Origin: a virus
Virus record (IMG/VR): IMGVR_UViG_3300046665_000193
Location: 1 to 64,000 of that record
Length of the DNA: 64,000 bases
Direction: 5' to 3' (one strand)
The position numbers and the translations under genes are program-made. The notes under the pieces were generated by a model. The model searched no databases. It saw nothing but the letters and a program-made list of their open reading frames with translations, and had not been told where the DNA came from. This document shows, one piece after another, positions 10,006 to 18,575 of the stretch. Position 1 is the first letter of the stretch; each line of letters starts with the position of its first letter.

Positions 10006-10035
10006 TTGACCTTCCAATCGTAGCAAGTCTATAAC
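10006..10035 (+). promoter_or_regulatory. Sigma70-type early promoter with embedded operator-like motif
   Basis: TTGACC-18 bp-TATAAC with AT-rich upstream tract; conserved in B at 52478-52507. Confidence 0.7.
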
Positions 10036-10396
10036 CGTAGCCACTGGACACAACGTAAGTGACCTTCGGGTTCGTCCAGCTACGGCGTAGCAGGCCACGC
10101 AAGAGCATAAAAACCTGCAGCACGGTTGCTCCGATCCAACCGCTCTATGATGCACCTACGCGATTGCGCAAGGCCATTCAAGGGCGCTGCAGGACGGGCG
10201 CGGTCTACCGGCGATACACTTCCCAAATCAAACACGGAACGCCGCGACGATCCGCGCCTAACTGCACTTAGCAAGGCGTGATGCCATTACCTGCAACCTG
10301 AGCCGGTCACTAGCGGCGTTCAAGTTTGGCTTGCTGGCCAAAGACTGCATCTGTTTTTTTTTGTCCTTCACACCTACCAATCGTAGAGGGTCTACA

Positions 10397-11143
10397 ATGT
10401 CTAACGGTTTCATCTTCTATCGTGGTCCGTCCATGCTTGACGGTTCTCCTATCATCGCTGTCGCAACTGGCGTTGAGCGTGGCTCACGCAATGGTAAGAC
10501 GGGCGGCGGATTGATCCAGACTTGGATCATGCGCGACGACATGACACCTACTGACGCTGTCAACACTGGCCGCGTCGCGGCGATCTGCGGCGCATGCCCG
10601 CACCGTGGCACGGTCGAGAACGGCAAGAACGTTGGCCGGTCCTGCTATGTGACCGTGTTCCAAGCGCCCTTGGTTGTCTGGAAGAGCGCCCAGCGCGGCC
10701 TATACGAAACCCTCAGTGCATCGCAGGCTGGCGCGGTTGTTGCTGGTCGCGCTGTCCGTCTGGGCAGCTATGGCGATCCTGCAGCGGTGCCTATGGCAGT
10801 CTGGAATGACTTGCTGGCGGCGGTAAGCGCTAAGGCTGGATACACTCATCAATGGGCACGCTTCCCAGAGCTGGCAGCGTATTGCATGGCAAGCTGTGAC
10901 ACTGCGGCGGATCATGCGGCAGCTAAGGCTGCAGGCTGGCGCACGTTCCGTGTGCGTCGCTCAACTGATCCGGTCATGCCCCGCGAAGTGATTTGCCCTG
11001 CATCTGCAGAGGCTGGCGCTAAGACGTCATGCGATGCCTGCAAGGCGTGCGGCGGACACACTGCCAAGGCAAAGGCCGATATCGTCATCGTTGCCCATGG
11101 GACTACATCTAAGGTGAATGCGTTCGCTCGTTTTGCGGCCTAG
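10397..11143 (+). CDS. Cys-rich early protein (putative metal/Fe-S binding)
   Basis: CGACPH...CYV, RLGSYGDP, GYTHQW, CPAS...CDACKAC; RBS gaggg before ATG 10397. Confidence 0.6.
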   Translation: MSNGFIFYRGPSMLDGSPIIAVATGVERGSRNGKTGGGLIQTWIMRDDMTPTDAVNTGRVAAICGACPHRGTVENGKNVGRSCYVTVFQAPLVVWKSAQRGLYETLSASQAGAVVAGRAVRLGSYGDPAAVPMAVWNDLLAAVSAKAGYTHQWARFPELAAYCMASCDTAADHAAAKAAGWRTFRVRRSTDPVMPREVICPASAEAGAKTSCDACKACGGHTAKAKADIVIVAHGTTSKVNAFARFAA

Positions 11144-11187
11144 TCACACTACGATTGTAGCATAACTACACAATACAGGAGAGTAAA

Positions 11188-11445
11188 ATGAGACTGTCAA
11201 ACGTAGCGCAGGTTACCTGCAAGCCAACCGCAACGAACACCTATTGCGGCCACTACACATTCCACAGGAAGGGCGGTGTGCTGCGCTTCCGAGGCCACAA
11301 GTTCTTCGAGGATCGCGACCATTTCGAGCGCTGTCTGGTGGCTTGGAACAAGTCGAATGACTGGCACTACGAGGCACGTCTGATGCCCGTCATGTCCATC
11401 GGTCAAGACGAGATCGACTACGCGCTGCAGTCGGAGGCCGCATGA
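11188..11445 (+). CDS. Hypothetical early protein
   Basis: RBS aggag; near-identical copy 54088-54345. Confidence 0.7.
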   Translation: MRLSNVAQVTCKPTATNTYCGHYTFHRKGGVLRFRGHKFFEDRDHFERCLVAWNKSNDWHYEARLMPVMSIGQDEIDYALQSEAA

Positions 11446-11522
11446 TGACGTGGGACCTCAAGTGCATGTTCGTTCTCGCATTCATCGGCGCGTTCGCCAT
11501 CCCGGTATGGGTGCTGCAGTGA
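11442..11522 (+). CDS. 26-aa hydrophobic peptide
   Basis: MMTWDLKCMFVLAFIGAFAIPVWVLQ; frame and length conserved in B (54342-54422). Confidence 0.55.
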   Translation: MMTWDLKCMFVLAFIGAFAIPVWVLQ

Positions 11523-11731
11523 ACGATCCGCAGAGCAAGGTGGAGCGCGTCAAGCACGGCGCACGCGAGACAACTACACATTTGGTGACGGTGGATGACT
11601 TGATTGTCTACCGCACGAAAGAGGGCGGGCTCTGTGTCGAGTTCGTTCGCTGTGATGCCAAGGGCAAGCCCGCTGAGGGCTACCGCGTCACGGTCTGTCC
11701 AGAGGATGCAGAGCGCATCCGCAAAGCCTGA
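11519..11731 (+). CDS. Hypothetical early protein
   Basis: GTG start here, ATG in B copy 54419-54631. Confidence 0.6.
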   Translation: MNDPQSKVERVKHGARETTTHLVTVDDLIVYRTKEGGLCVEFVRCDAKGKPAEGYRVTVCPEDAERIRKA

Positions 11732-11814
11732 ACTGATCCGAGGGGCGGGCGGGGGCCTGCCTCTCCAGTGAGTTCATGTGGACTCTACAACGCGCAACGG
11801 GACGGGGAAATTCT

Positions 11815-12930
11815 ATGCGCCTTCACTACAATCCATTTCGACAGGAATTTGAGCACTCCAAGGACTACGACGCACTCGACAGCTACCAGCGCGTTGTACT
11901 TCACAGCCGCGTTAGGGGCTGGTGCCGCGACTGGAATGGCCAGCGTGTGAATTTCTTCGCCTTGCCTAACCGGCCAGTGGTGAGGGCTCAGGCCGAGCCG
12001 CTGTCGCAGGACGTGAAGATGCACGCCGTCGAGGTGGTGCTCACTGAGCCACCAATTCCGGGGCGTCGCGAGAACGCGGAAGAGAAGGCACGTCGCGAGC
12101 TGGTGGACTTCGTGGCGAAGCAAGGCCGCTTGGCGTGGCCTATGCTGCGTCCCAATGCGTTCCTGCAGATGGCCGCTGGCAATGACCAGCCACCGCGCGA
12201 CTTCATGTTGCCCGCCGCGCAGCAGAAGGCCATGGCGGACATGAAGGCTTACTGTGTGGCCGACGTGAAGATGGCACAGATCGCCCTGGCCCCGCCGCTG
12301 ATCGACAACCCCAAGCCCGTCAAGCCACCGCTTGGCAAGCGCCCGAACCTCTCACGCTGGCAGGACGGCGACCACTTCGTAGAGCGCCTAAAGAAGCGTG
12401 GCTACAAGCTGCTAGGTGCTGGCTGCTTCTCTATGGTGCTGGCTAAGCCCGGCAGTGATCGCGTGATCAAAGTAAACTTCAAATCTGACAACTGGCTGGA
12501 CTATGTGGTCTGGGCAGCGAAGGTGGGGCAGGCGGGTAAGATGGCCCCGAAGGTCTACAGCTACCGCCGCTTCAACGAAGGCCGCCACGGTGAGTTCTAT
12601 GTGGCCATCATGGAGCGGATGGAATGCTGCATGGATGACCTCTACCGCAAGGACCCTCGCAAGTATGCCGCCTACAGCGCACTGCGGGAGTTCATCGACT
12701 TTAGCAGGGACGCTGAGGGCGTCGCCGCTGAGGTTGTGATCCCCGGCGCAATCGCGTTCGGCGTCATGCTCCGCAGCTCGTTCAAGGGTCAGCGTCTCGA
12801 CCTCCACGGCAACAACTGGATGGTCCGTAAGGACGGCACCATCGCTTGCACCGATCCGCTGTGTGACGGCAAGTCATCAGCCCCGTCGAGGATGCGTTCG
12901 CGCGACCTCGCTGCTCTTTCTGTTGCCTGA
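11815..12930 (+). CDS. Protein kinase (T7 gp0.7-like)
   Basis: LGAGCFSMV, RVIKV, DLHGNNWM, CTDP kinase motifs. Confidence 0.8.
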   Translation: MRLHYNPFRQEFEHSKDYDALDSYQRVVLHSRVRGWCRDWNGQRVNFFALPNRPVVRAQAEPLSQDVKMHAVEVVLTEPPIPGRRENAEEKARRELVDFVAKQGRLAWPMLRPNAFLQMAAGNDQPPRDFMLPAAQQKAMADMKAYCVADVKMAQIALAPPLIDNPKPVKPPLGKRPNLSRWQDGDHFVERLKKRGYKLLGAGCFSMVLAKPGSDRVIKVNFKSDNWLDYVVWAAKVGQAGKMAPKVYSYRRFNEGRHGEFYVAIMERMECCMDDLYRKDPRKYAAYSALREFIDFSRDAEGVAAEVVIPGAIAFGVMLRSSFKGQRLDLHGNNWMVRKDGTIACTDPLCDGKSSAPSRMRSRDLAALSVA

Positions 12931-12959
12931 TCACATACCATTCATAGGAAGTCTACGAG

Positions 12960-13148
12960 ATGAAGCGACGCATCTTTACGAGCATCAAGTCGGCACGCCG
13001 CGCAGGGCTGCAGGCTGTGACCGGGCGACACCTCCAGTTCAAGGTCGAGGCCGCTATCGTTTGGAATAGGGATCGTACCGCCGACATCGGTTGGTCGGTC
13101 TCGCTGTGGACCCCAGCGGGCAATATGAAGGGCTGGGTGAGGGGATGA
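12960..13148 (+). CDS. Hypothetical early protein
   Basis: Conserved with 55844-56032. Confidence 0.65.
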   Translation: MKRRIFTSIKSARRAGLQAVTGRHLQFKVEAAIVWNRDRTADIGWSVSLWTPAGNMKGWVRG

Positions 13149-13279
13149 GCTACGAACAAGCCTTCGATCTAGTCGGTGATCCGCCAGCGTGGGTGCTTCA
13201 GGGCATCATTGAGCGTCAGCCGCGCAGCTCCAGATATGCACGGGCTGCAATGCTGCTACTCAGGCGCAAAGCTGAGTGA
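13145..13279 (+). CDS. Small hypothetical protein
   Basis: MSYEQAFDLVGD...; conserved with 56029-56166. Confidence 0.55.
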   Translation: MSYEQAFDLVGDPPAWVLQGIIERQPRSSRYARAAMLLLRRKAE

Positions 13280-13492
13280 AAAGGTGAGGAGTTACAGTCT
13301 GGCGGTTGCGGTTATGAACAGGCAGTCAGAATGGAACGGCACAATTTTGTTGCTGACATTCATATCATAAAATATCTACTGCTGTAGTTAGTAACTGGCC
13401 CTAGCGAACTACTTCACTTCATAGCTAAATCACTTAAGGGATATATCCCTAGACAGGGAACGTGCGTTCATGCTACGTTCTCATGATCATTA

Positions 13493-13834
13493 ATGCCCTC
13501 AAAGGACCCTAACGAGATCATGCGCCATCTATTCGGAGTTACGGAGTTGCCAACAGAAGTCGAACCGGACCAACTCGTTTCATCGGACGTTCCCGAAGGT
13601 TACGAGACAGTAGCTGGCTGGTGGGCGACACGCGAGACTGCAGCGCTGGAGATGCTGAGCGATCCTATCGCAACGCTCTTTGACGACGAAGAACACCTGA
13701 TCACCATCGCGGACAAACTCAACATTCCTTGGAAGTGGGTGCCCGCACCTGCAGCCTACCAAGCGATGGGCTTCAAGATATCCAAAGCTTTTCCTTTAGA
13801 CTTATTGCAACAATTTTATCCGTTGCATCCGTAA
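13493..13834 (+). CDS. Hypothetical protein (lysogeny region)
   Basis: Protein conserved with 56395-56709 despite many synonymous changes; AT-richer codons. Confidence 0.7.
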   Translation: MPSKDPNEIMRHLFGVTELPTEVEPDQLVSSDVPEGYETVAGWWATRETAALEMLSDPIATLFDDEEHLITIADKLNIPWKWVPAPAAYQAMGFKISKAFPLDLLQQFYPLHP

Positions 13835-13876
13835 ATCAACTATATCTCCGGCGCACAATCAATGGAACTGCGCCGG

Positions 13877-13906
13877 TTGACGTGAGCGGAACTCCCTGCC
13901 TATAGT
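13877..13906 (+). promoter_or_regulatory. Putative sigma70 promoter for the wHTH-integrase-tRNA operon
   Basis: TTGACG-18 bp-TATAGT directly after hairpin ccggcgca...tgcgccgg. Confidence 0.55.
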
Positions 13907-13955
13907 AGAGTTCTTCGCACAGACGAATGACTACAACCGTACAGGAGCGCAGGCG

Positions 13956-14333
13956 ATGCCGACCAGAGGAACTATAAACGTGATGGGCGATAACACGGAG
14001 GAGAACGAGTGGGTTGACCGGCTTGCGCTGGTGATCGACGAGTTCCGGAAGATCAGTCAGGACATCACGGCCAATCAAATGCTGGTCCTGCTTCGCATAG
14101 GCCAGCAGCCCGGCATCACCCAGAACAAGCTAGGCGAACTCACGGGTCTCCGGGACGGCACCATCTCTCGCATCTGCGCACTGATGTCGGAGCGCGGTCA
14201 TCAGTCGCGTGAGGGCCTGAACGTTATCTCCATCAACCCAGTCCCCGGAGACTATCGCGCCAAGGGGCAGAAGCTCGTGGGCGACGGGCGACGCATGTTC
14301 AACAGCGTCAAGAACCTGATGACTTCGGACTAA
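13956..14333 (+). CDS. MarR-like winged-helix regulator (putative repressor)
   Basis: QMLVLLRIGQQPGITQNKLGELTGLRDGTISRI...DYRAK; directly upstream of integrase; start may be 13983. Confidence 0.75.
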   Translation: MPTRGTINVMGDNTEENEWVDRLALVIDEFRKISQDITANQMLVLLRIGQQPGITQNKLGELTGLRDGTISRICALMSERGHQSREGLNVISINPVPGDYRAKGQKLVGDGRRMFNSVKNLMTSD

Positions 14334-14352
14334 CCAGAAGGACAAGCCGCTT

Positions 14353-15468
14353 ATGGCGACCTACCCTAAAGGCAATAAGTTCATTACTAAATTTATGATC
14401 GACGGCGTCCGTCATACTAGGATGCATGATACAGAAGCTGAGGGCGAAGCGTGGGAGCTGCAAAGCCGCGCTAACCTAAAACTCGGTAAGGCTCTTCCAG
14501 TCGCCGAGAAGAAGATTGGCGGCAGCGACGCCGGTAACCTTGGAAACCTCCTCCGCGAGACGGCAACCCTTCACTGGGCCAAGGGCAAGGACAGCTCCAA
14601 GTGCGAGCTGAACGCCTCAACCTTTGTCAACTGGTGCGGCAAGGACATGCCGTCCCGCGATGCCTTTAAGCAGGCCAACATCGACGACTTCGTCGCATAC
14701 CTCATCAATGAGCGTGAGGTGAGTGGCTCGACGGTCAATCGGTACTGCTCGGCCATCCGGGTCATGGCCCAGCGGGTCATCAAGAAGGCTGACGAACTCC
14801 CCTCGTTCCCTAAGTATAAAGAGAGCAGGGGCCGCTTCCGGTTCTTCTCCCATGAGGAGGAGCAGCAGATCACCGCGCTCTGGACGATCTGGGAGCGGCA
14901 CGCTGAGCTGGACTTCCTCGTGTTCCTTATCGACACCGGAGCCCGCACCTACACCGAGGGTCAGGCCCTTAAGTGGGATGCCATCCACGCCGACCGCGCC
15001 ATCTTCTGGGACACCAAGAACGGCGGCTTCCGGGCGGTTCCTCTGTCCGAGAGGGCGAAGGCGGCGCTGGAGCGTCGGCGTAAACTAAAGGGTAACCAAG
15101 CCGGGCCGTTCTCCGATCTGGACAAGAGCCACATGCGTTGGCTCTGGGAGCGCACCCGTGCCCAGCTACCGCACCTTGAGGACGCCGTGCTGTACTGCAC
15201 CCGGCACACCTACGGGTCCCGCATGGTCATGAACGGTGTCCCGCTGTCGGTTCTCAAGAAGCTGATGGGCCACTCGGACATTAAGATGACTGAGCGCTAC
15301 GCCGTGTTCGAGGACAACGCGGCCTTCGCAGCCGCACTGACGGCCCTGAACGGCAACGGCTTTGCGCCCAAGGCCACACCCCTTTCGGTCGTGGTCGATA
15401 ACGGCCTGGCACCGGGTCCGATGGAGGTTCTCGCCAAGAACCTTGAACGGGCAGGGCAAGTGCAGTAG
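14353..15468 (+). CDS. int: Tyrosine integrase
   Basis: DTGAR, TKNG, YCTRHT, MGHSDIKMTERY catalytic motifs. Confidence 0.93.
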   Translation: MATYPKGNKFITKFMIDGVRHTRMHDTEAEGEAWELQSRANLKLGKALPVAEKKIGGSDAGNLGNLLRETATLHWAKGKDSSKCELNASTFVNWCGKDMPSRDAFKQANIDDFVAYLINEREVSGSTVNRYCSAIRVMAQRVIKKADELPSFPKYKESRGRFRFFSHEEEQQITALWTIWERHAELDFLVFLIDTGARTYTEGQALKWDAIHADRAIFWDTKNGGFRAVPLSERAKAALERRRKLKGNQAGPFSDLDKSHMRWLWERTRAQLPHLEDAVLYCTRHTYGSRMVMNGVPLSVLKKLMGHSDIKMTERYAVFEDNAAFAAALTALNGNGFAPKATPLSVVVDNGLAPGPMEVLAKNLERAGQVQ

Positions 15469-15500
15469 ACACCCCGGCCAGCGTCATATAGGTGCAAACC

Positions 15501-15554
15501 GAGTGACAAAACGGGTGACAATGGGGTGCCAAATGGCACCTCACTGGTGACAAT
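15501..15554 (+). repeat. att arm (P) GTGACA direct repeats of A
   Basis: GTGACA at 15503, 15515, 15547 and GTGCCA at 15526. Confidence 0.75.
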
Positions 15555-15639
15555 GCGGGCGTGGTGGAATTGGTAGACACAGCGGCTTTAGGTGCCGCCG
15601 CCGAAGGGTTTAGGGGTTCGAGTCCCTTCGCCCGCACCA
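15555..15639 (+). tRNA. tRNA-Leu(TAG), phage A-encoded
   Basis: 85 nt; acceptor GCGGGCG/CGCCCGC, anticodon arm GCGGC-TTTAGGT-GCCGC, long variable arm, GTTCGAGTC, CCA. Confidence 0.95.
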
Positions 15640-15651
15640 TCGTGAGAAGTG

Positions 15652-15660
15652 GATTTAGGT
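15652..15660 (+). other. att core at the A/B junction
   Basis: GATTTAGGT also at 58527-58535 and 59812-59820, each at a homology breakpoint. Confidence 0.85.
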
Positions 15661-15697
15661 TCCCGAGAGACTTACTCTACGATAGGCAACCTTCTAC

Positions 15698-15710
15698 TAA
15701 CATATTGATA
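15698..15710 (-). promoter_or_regulatory. IHF consensus site in att arm
   Basis: Reverse complement TATCAATATGTTA fits WATCAANNNNTTR. Confidence 0.55.
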
Positions 15711-15740
15711 GCAGTCCAGAAATGGGCTGCTTTTTCTTTT
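15711..15740 (+). terminator. Rho-independent terminator at prophage left end
   Basis: GCAGTCCA-GAAA-TGGGCTGC plus T tract; compensatory variant in C at 59870-59900. Confidence 0.8.
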
Positions 15741-15774
15741 GCCCAGTCATACTACGATATGAAGGTGGATATGG

Positions 15775-15817
15775 GTGACACCCGCTTTGGTGACAGTGGA
15801 GCGGTGACAAAGTGACA
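15775..15817 (+). repeat. att arm (P') GTGACA repeats of B
   Basis: GTGACA at 15775, 15790, 15804, 15812; identical block in C at 59935-59977. Confidence 0.75.
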
Positions 15818-16237
15818 AACGAGGAGAACAGACTGGAAACGAATGAAATCTGGGACTGGCAGTGCCGAATGCACCTCTGGTCCTGCTGGCTCTACGAGAT
15901 CGACGCCAAGCCCGCCCTCGACGACAGCGGCTACGACTGGCTCTGCAGGTTGCTCTCCAGCAACTACGGCAAGCTGCCCGACTGGTTCACCCAGCGCGTC
16001 ACCATGAGTGACCTCACCACCGGCACCGGCAGTGCCATCGCCAAGACCCTCACACCCGAAGAGATCGCAGCCGCCCGCTGGTGGCGCGACGAACACATAC
16101 CAGCCATGCAAAAGGAAGCTGATGAACGCCGCATTGAAATTGAGAGAAGAGCATCTGGAACAGCAGGCCCAGCACAAGGGCGCAAAGCGGGTAAGGGATC
16201 AGGTCGCAAAGGCAAAGGAACGCGGGCTCGGGGCTGA
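15812..16237 (+). CDS. Hypothetical protein resembling domain Ia of NAD-dependent DNA ligase
   Basis: LYEIDAKPALDDSGYDWLCRLL resembles YY..D.P.ISD.EYD.L; start uncertain (RBS gaggag precedes CTG 15833); overlaps RNAP start. Confidence 0.45.
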   Translation: MTNEENRLETNEIWDWQCRMHLWSCWLYEIDAKPALDDSGYDWLCRLLSSNYGKLPDWFTQRVTMSDLTTGTGSAIAKTLTPEEIAAARWWRDEHIPAMQKEADERRIEIERRASGTAGPAQGRKAGKGSGRKGKGTRARG

Positions 16238-18575
16238 CACTCCGGGTGGCGTCGCGCTCATGAAGCGGGCCATCGAGCCGCTCTCGACTGCCATCAAGAA
16301 CACGATCACCGATGCCCGGTCAGGCAAGGCCGGTCGCCGCCACGTTGCCATCGCCACTCTCGAAAAGATGGAACCCGACGTGATCGCCTACCTCACCACC
16401 CGCGAGGTGTTGAGCGGTGCCATGGATCAGGCCGGGCTCACCGCCACCGCCATCAAGATCGGCTCGGCGCTGGAAGAGGAACTGAGGCTGCAGGCGTTCG
16501 ATGAACAGCAGCCCGACCTCTACCACACCATCATGCGCCGCCTTAAGGAACGCGGAGCTGGGGCCGGGCATGCCCGCAAGGTGTTCGTGTTCGCGGCCAA
16601 CAAGCCCGACGCTCAGGTCGAGCTACCGCGCATCGTCAAGACCGAGAAGATGCACATCGGGGTGCGCCTGATCGAGCTGATGATCGAGGCCACCGGCTTC
16701 GTCGAGACGGTCACCGTGCGCGTCGGCAAGTCCAAGACCCGCTCCGTCATCCGCCCAACCGAGGCGGCAGCGAAATGGATGGAGGACAAGAACCTCCGCG
16801 CGGAACTGATCAGCCCGGCCTATGCGCCCATGGTGGTCCCGCCGCTGGACTGGGAGGGCGTCTCGGGCGGCGGCTACATCAGCCCATCGTTCAAGGCACT
16901 GCCGCTGGTCAAGAAGGCCAACAAGAAGCAGCACCGCGAGCTGCTGGAGCGGGCCGATCTGTCGCTTGTGCTGCGGGCTCTCAACGCCATCCAGCGCACG
17001 CCATGGCAGGTCAACCAGCAGGTTCTCGACGTGATGCAGGAGGTCTGGGACAAGAGCTACGACATCGCCATGCCGGGCCGAGAGGACAAGCTGCTGCCTC
17101 CGATGCCAGCCGGGCACGCCATCGCCGAGACCTCCGAGGAAGCGTGGGCGAACGTCAATCCCGATGCCAAGAAGGCATGGATGCGCGAAGCCCGCATGGT
17201 CTATGAGGGCAACGCCAGCTCCAAGGGCAAGCGGATGGGCATCAGCCAGATCATCCACACCGCGAAGGAACTGGCCGGGGAGCCTGAGATATACTTCCCC
17301 CACCAGCTCGACTTCCGGGGCCGGGCATACGCCGTGCCCATCGGGCTCAACCCGCAGGGCAGCGACCACGCCAAGGCGCTGCTGCACTTCGCACACGGCA
17401 AGGCGATCACCACGCCCCGCGCTGCGGGCTGGCTCGCGATCAACGGTGCCAACCTCTACGGCTTTGACAAGGCCGCGTTCGCCGACCGCATCGCATGGGT
17501 CGAGGAACGAGAGGAGCAGATCAAGTACACCGCAGAGAACCCTCTGGGCGACCTCTGGTGGACTGAGGCGGACAAGCCGTGGTGCTTCCTCGCGTGGTGT
17601 TTCGAGTATGCGAAATTCCTGGGGGAGGGTTACGGCTTTGTCTCGACCTACAACTGCTCGGTCGATGGAAGCTGCAACGGCCTGCAGCATTTCAGTGCCA
17701 TGCTCCGCGATCCTGTTGGTGGCGCTGCCGTCAACCTCGTGCCCGGCGATCTGCCTGCTGACATCTACCAGCGCGTGGCCAACCGCGTCATCGAGAAGCT
17801 TAAGGCCGAGGATGGCGACGACTGGGTGGCGCGGGGCTGGCTGGACTTCGGCATCAACCGCAAGATCACCAAGCGCCCGGTCATGGTGCTGCCCTACGGC
17901 GGCACGTTCAAGAGTTGCATGGAGTACGTTCGCGAGGCCGTAGGGGAACGCATCGCAGATGGTGCGGAGAACCCCTTCGGCGACGAGCTGGGCAAGACCA
18001 CGGCCACGCTCTCGCGCTTCGTATGGGACAGCATCGGCGACGTTGTCGTTGCTGCCCGCACGGCAATGGACTGGCTGCAGAAGTGTGCTCGCGTCGCGTC
18101 TAAGCATGGCGTGCCGCTGACATGGACGACGCCGTCAGGCTTCCCCGTGTTCCAGAGCTACATGGACATCACCCAGCGGCGCGTGAAGACCCGGCTGCAG
18201 GGCAGCTTGACGTACCTCTCCATTGCGGAGGAGGGCGACAAGATCGATGCGGGACGGCAGGCGCTGGCAGTGTCACCAAACTTCGTCCACTCCAAGGACG
18301 CGGCGGCAATGATGCTGACCATCGCACTGGCCCTCGACAATGGCGTCTCCGCGTTCGCCATGATCCATGACAGCTACGGCACCCACGCCGCCGACATGGA
18401 CATGCTCGCGGCCTGCCTGAGGCATGCGTTCGTTGACCTCTACGAGGAGCACAATGTCCTCGCCGAGTTCCTCGCCGCACTCCCTGATGCGGTACGGGCC
18501 GAGTGCCCGCCGCCACCACCGCTCGGATCGCTGGACATCCAAGGGGTGCTCCAGTCCGAGTTCTTTTTTGCCTAG
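16122..18575 (+). CDS. Single-subunit T7-like RNA polymerase
   Basis: DFRGRAY, DGSCNGLQH, RKITKRPVMVLPYG, IHDSYG; RBS aaggaag. Confidence 0.97.
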   Translation: MNAALKLREEHLEQQAQHKGAKRVRDQVAKAKERGLGADTPGGVALMKRAIEPLSTAIKNTITDARSGKAGRRHVAIATLEKMEPDVIAYLTTREVLSGAMDQAGLTATAIKIGSALEEELRLQAFDEQQPDLYHTIMRRLKERGAGAGHARKVFVFAANKPDAQVELPRIVKTEKMHIGVRLIELMIEATGFVETVTVRVGKSKTRSVIRPTEAAAKWMEDKNLRAELISPAYAPMVVPPLDWEGVSGGGYISPSFKALPLVKKANKKQHRELLERADLSLVLRALNAIQRTPWQVNQQVLDVMQEVWDKSYDIAMPGREDKLLPPMPAGHAIAETSEEAWANVNPDAKKAWMREARMVYEGNASSKGKRMGISQIIHTAKELAGEPEIYFPHQLDFRGRAYAVPIGLNPQGSDHAKALLHFAHGKAITTPRAAGWLAINGANLYGFDKAAFADRIAWVEEREEQIKYTAENPLGDLWWTEADKPWCFLAWCFEYAKFLGEGYGFVSTYNCSVDGSCNGLQHFSAMLRDPVGGAAVNLVPGDLPADIYQRVANRVIEKLKAEDGDDWVARGWLDFGINRKITKRPVMVLPYGGTFKSCMEYVREAVGERIADGAENPFGDELGKTTATLSRFVWDSIGDVVVAARTAMDWLQKCARVASKHGVPLTWTTPSGFPVFQSYMDITQRRVKTRLQGSLTYLSIAEEGDKIDAGRQALAVSPNFVHSKDAAAMMLTIALALDNGVSAFAMIHDSYGTHAADMDMLAACLRHAFVDLYEEHNVLAEFLAALPDAVRAECPPPPPLGSLDIQGVLQSEFFFA

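Larger units (their letters stand above)
1..15660 (+). mobile_element. Prophage A (T7-like, temperate), right part, truncated by window start
   Basis: gp16-tail fibre-TerS-TerL-early genes-wHTH-integrase-tRNA, ending at core GATTTAGGT 15652-15660; colinear with 43400-58535. Confidence 0.92.

Noticed and set aside
15230-15300. Integrase inactivity due to YxxRH replacing HxxRH
   Set aside because: The same variant is in both intact copies, the other catalytic residues are present, and this His position is known to vary.
15555-15639. Host tRNA acting as attB/attL with duplicated 3' end
   Set aside because: The homology breakpoint lies about 12 bp downstream of the tRNA at GATTTAGGT, and the full tRNA travels with the integrase side in both A and B.
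1-15660. Assembly duplication of prophage B's right end
   Set aside because: Abundant synonymous differences and non-homologous gene swaps show distinct genomes; spanning reads are still needed to confirm adjacency.
15501-15817. CRISPR array from GTGACA repeats
   Set aside because: 6-8 bp repeats with short irregular spacing, no cas genes; they fit integrase arm sites.
16623-18107. Long minus-strand ORFs (also 25344-26651, 43552-45108, 61690-62805)
   Set aside because: Antisense shadows of GC-rich, codon-biased plus-strand genes with no recognisable motifs.
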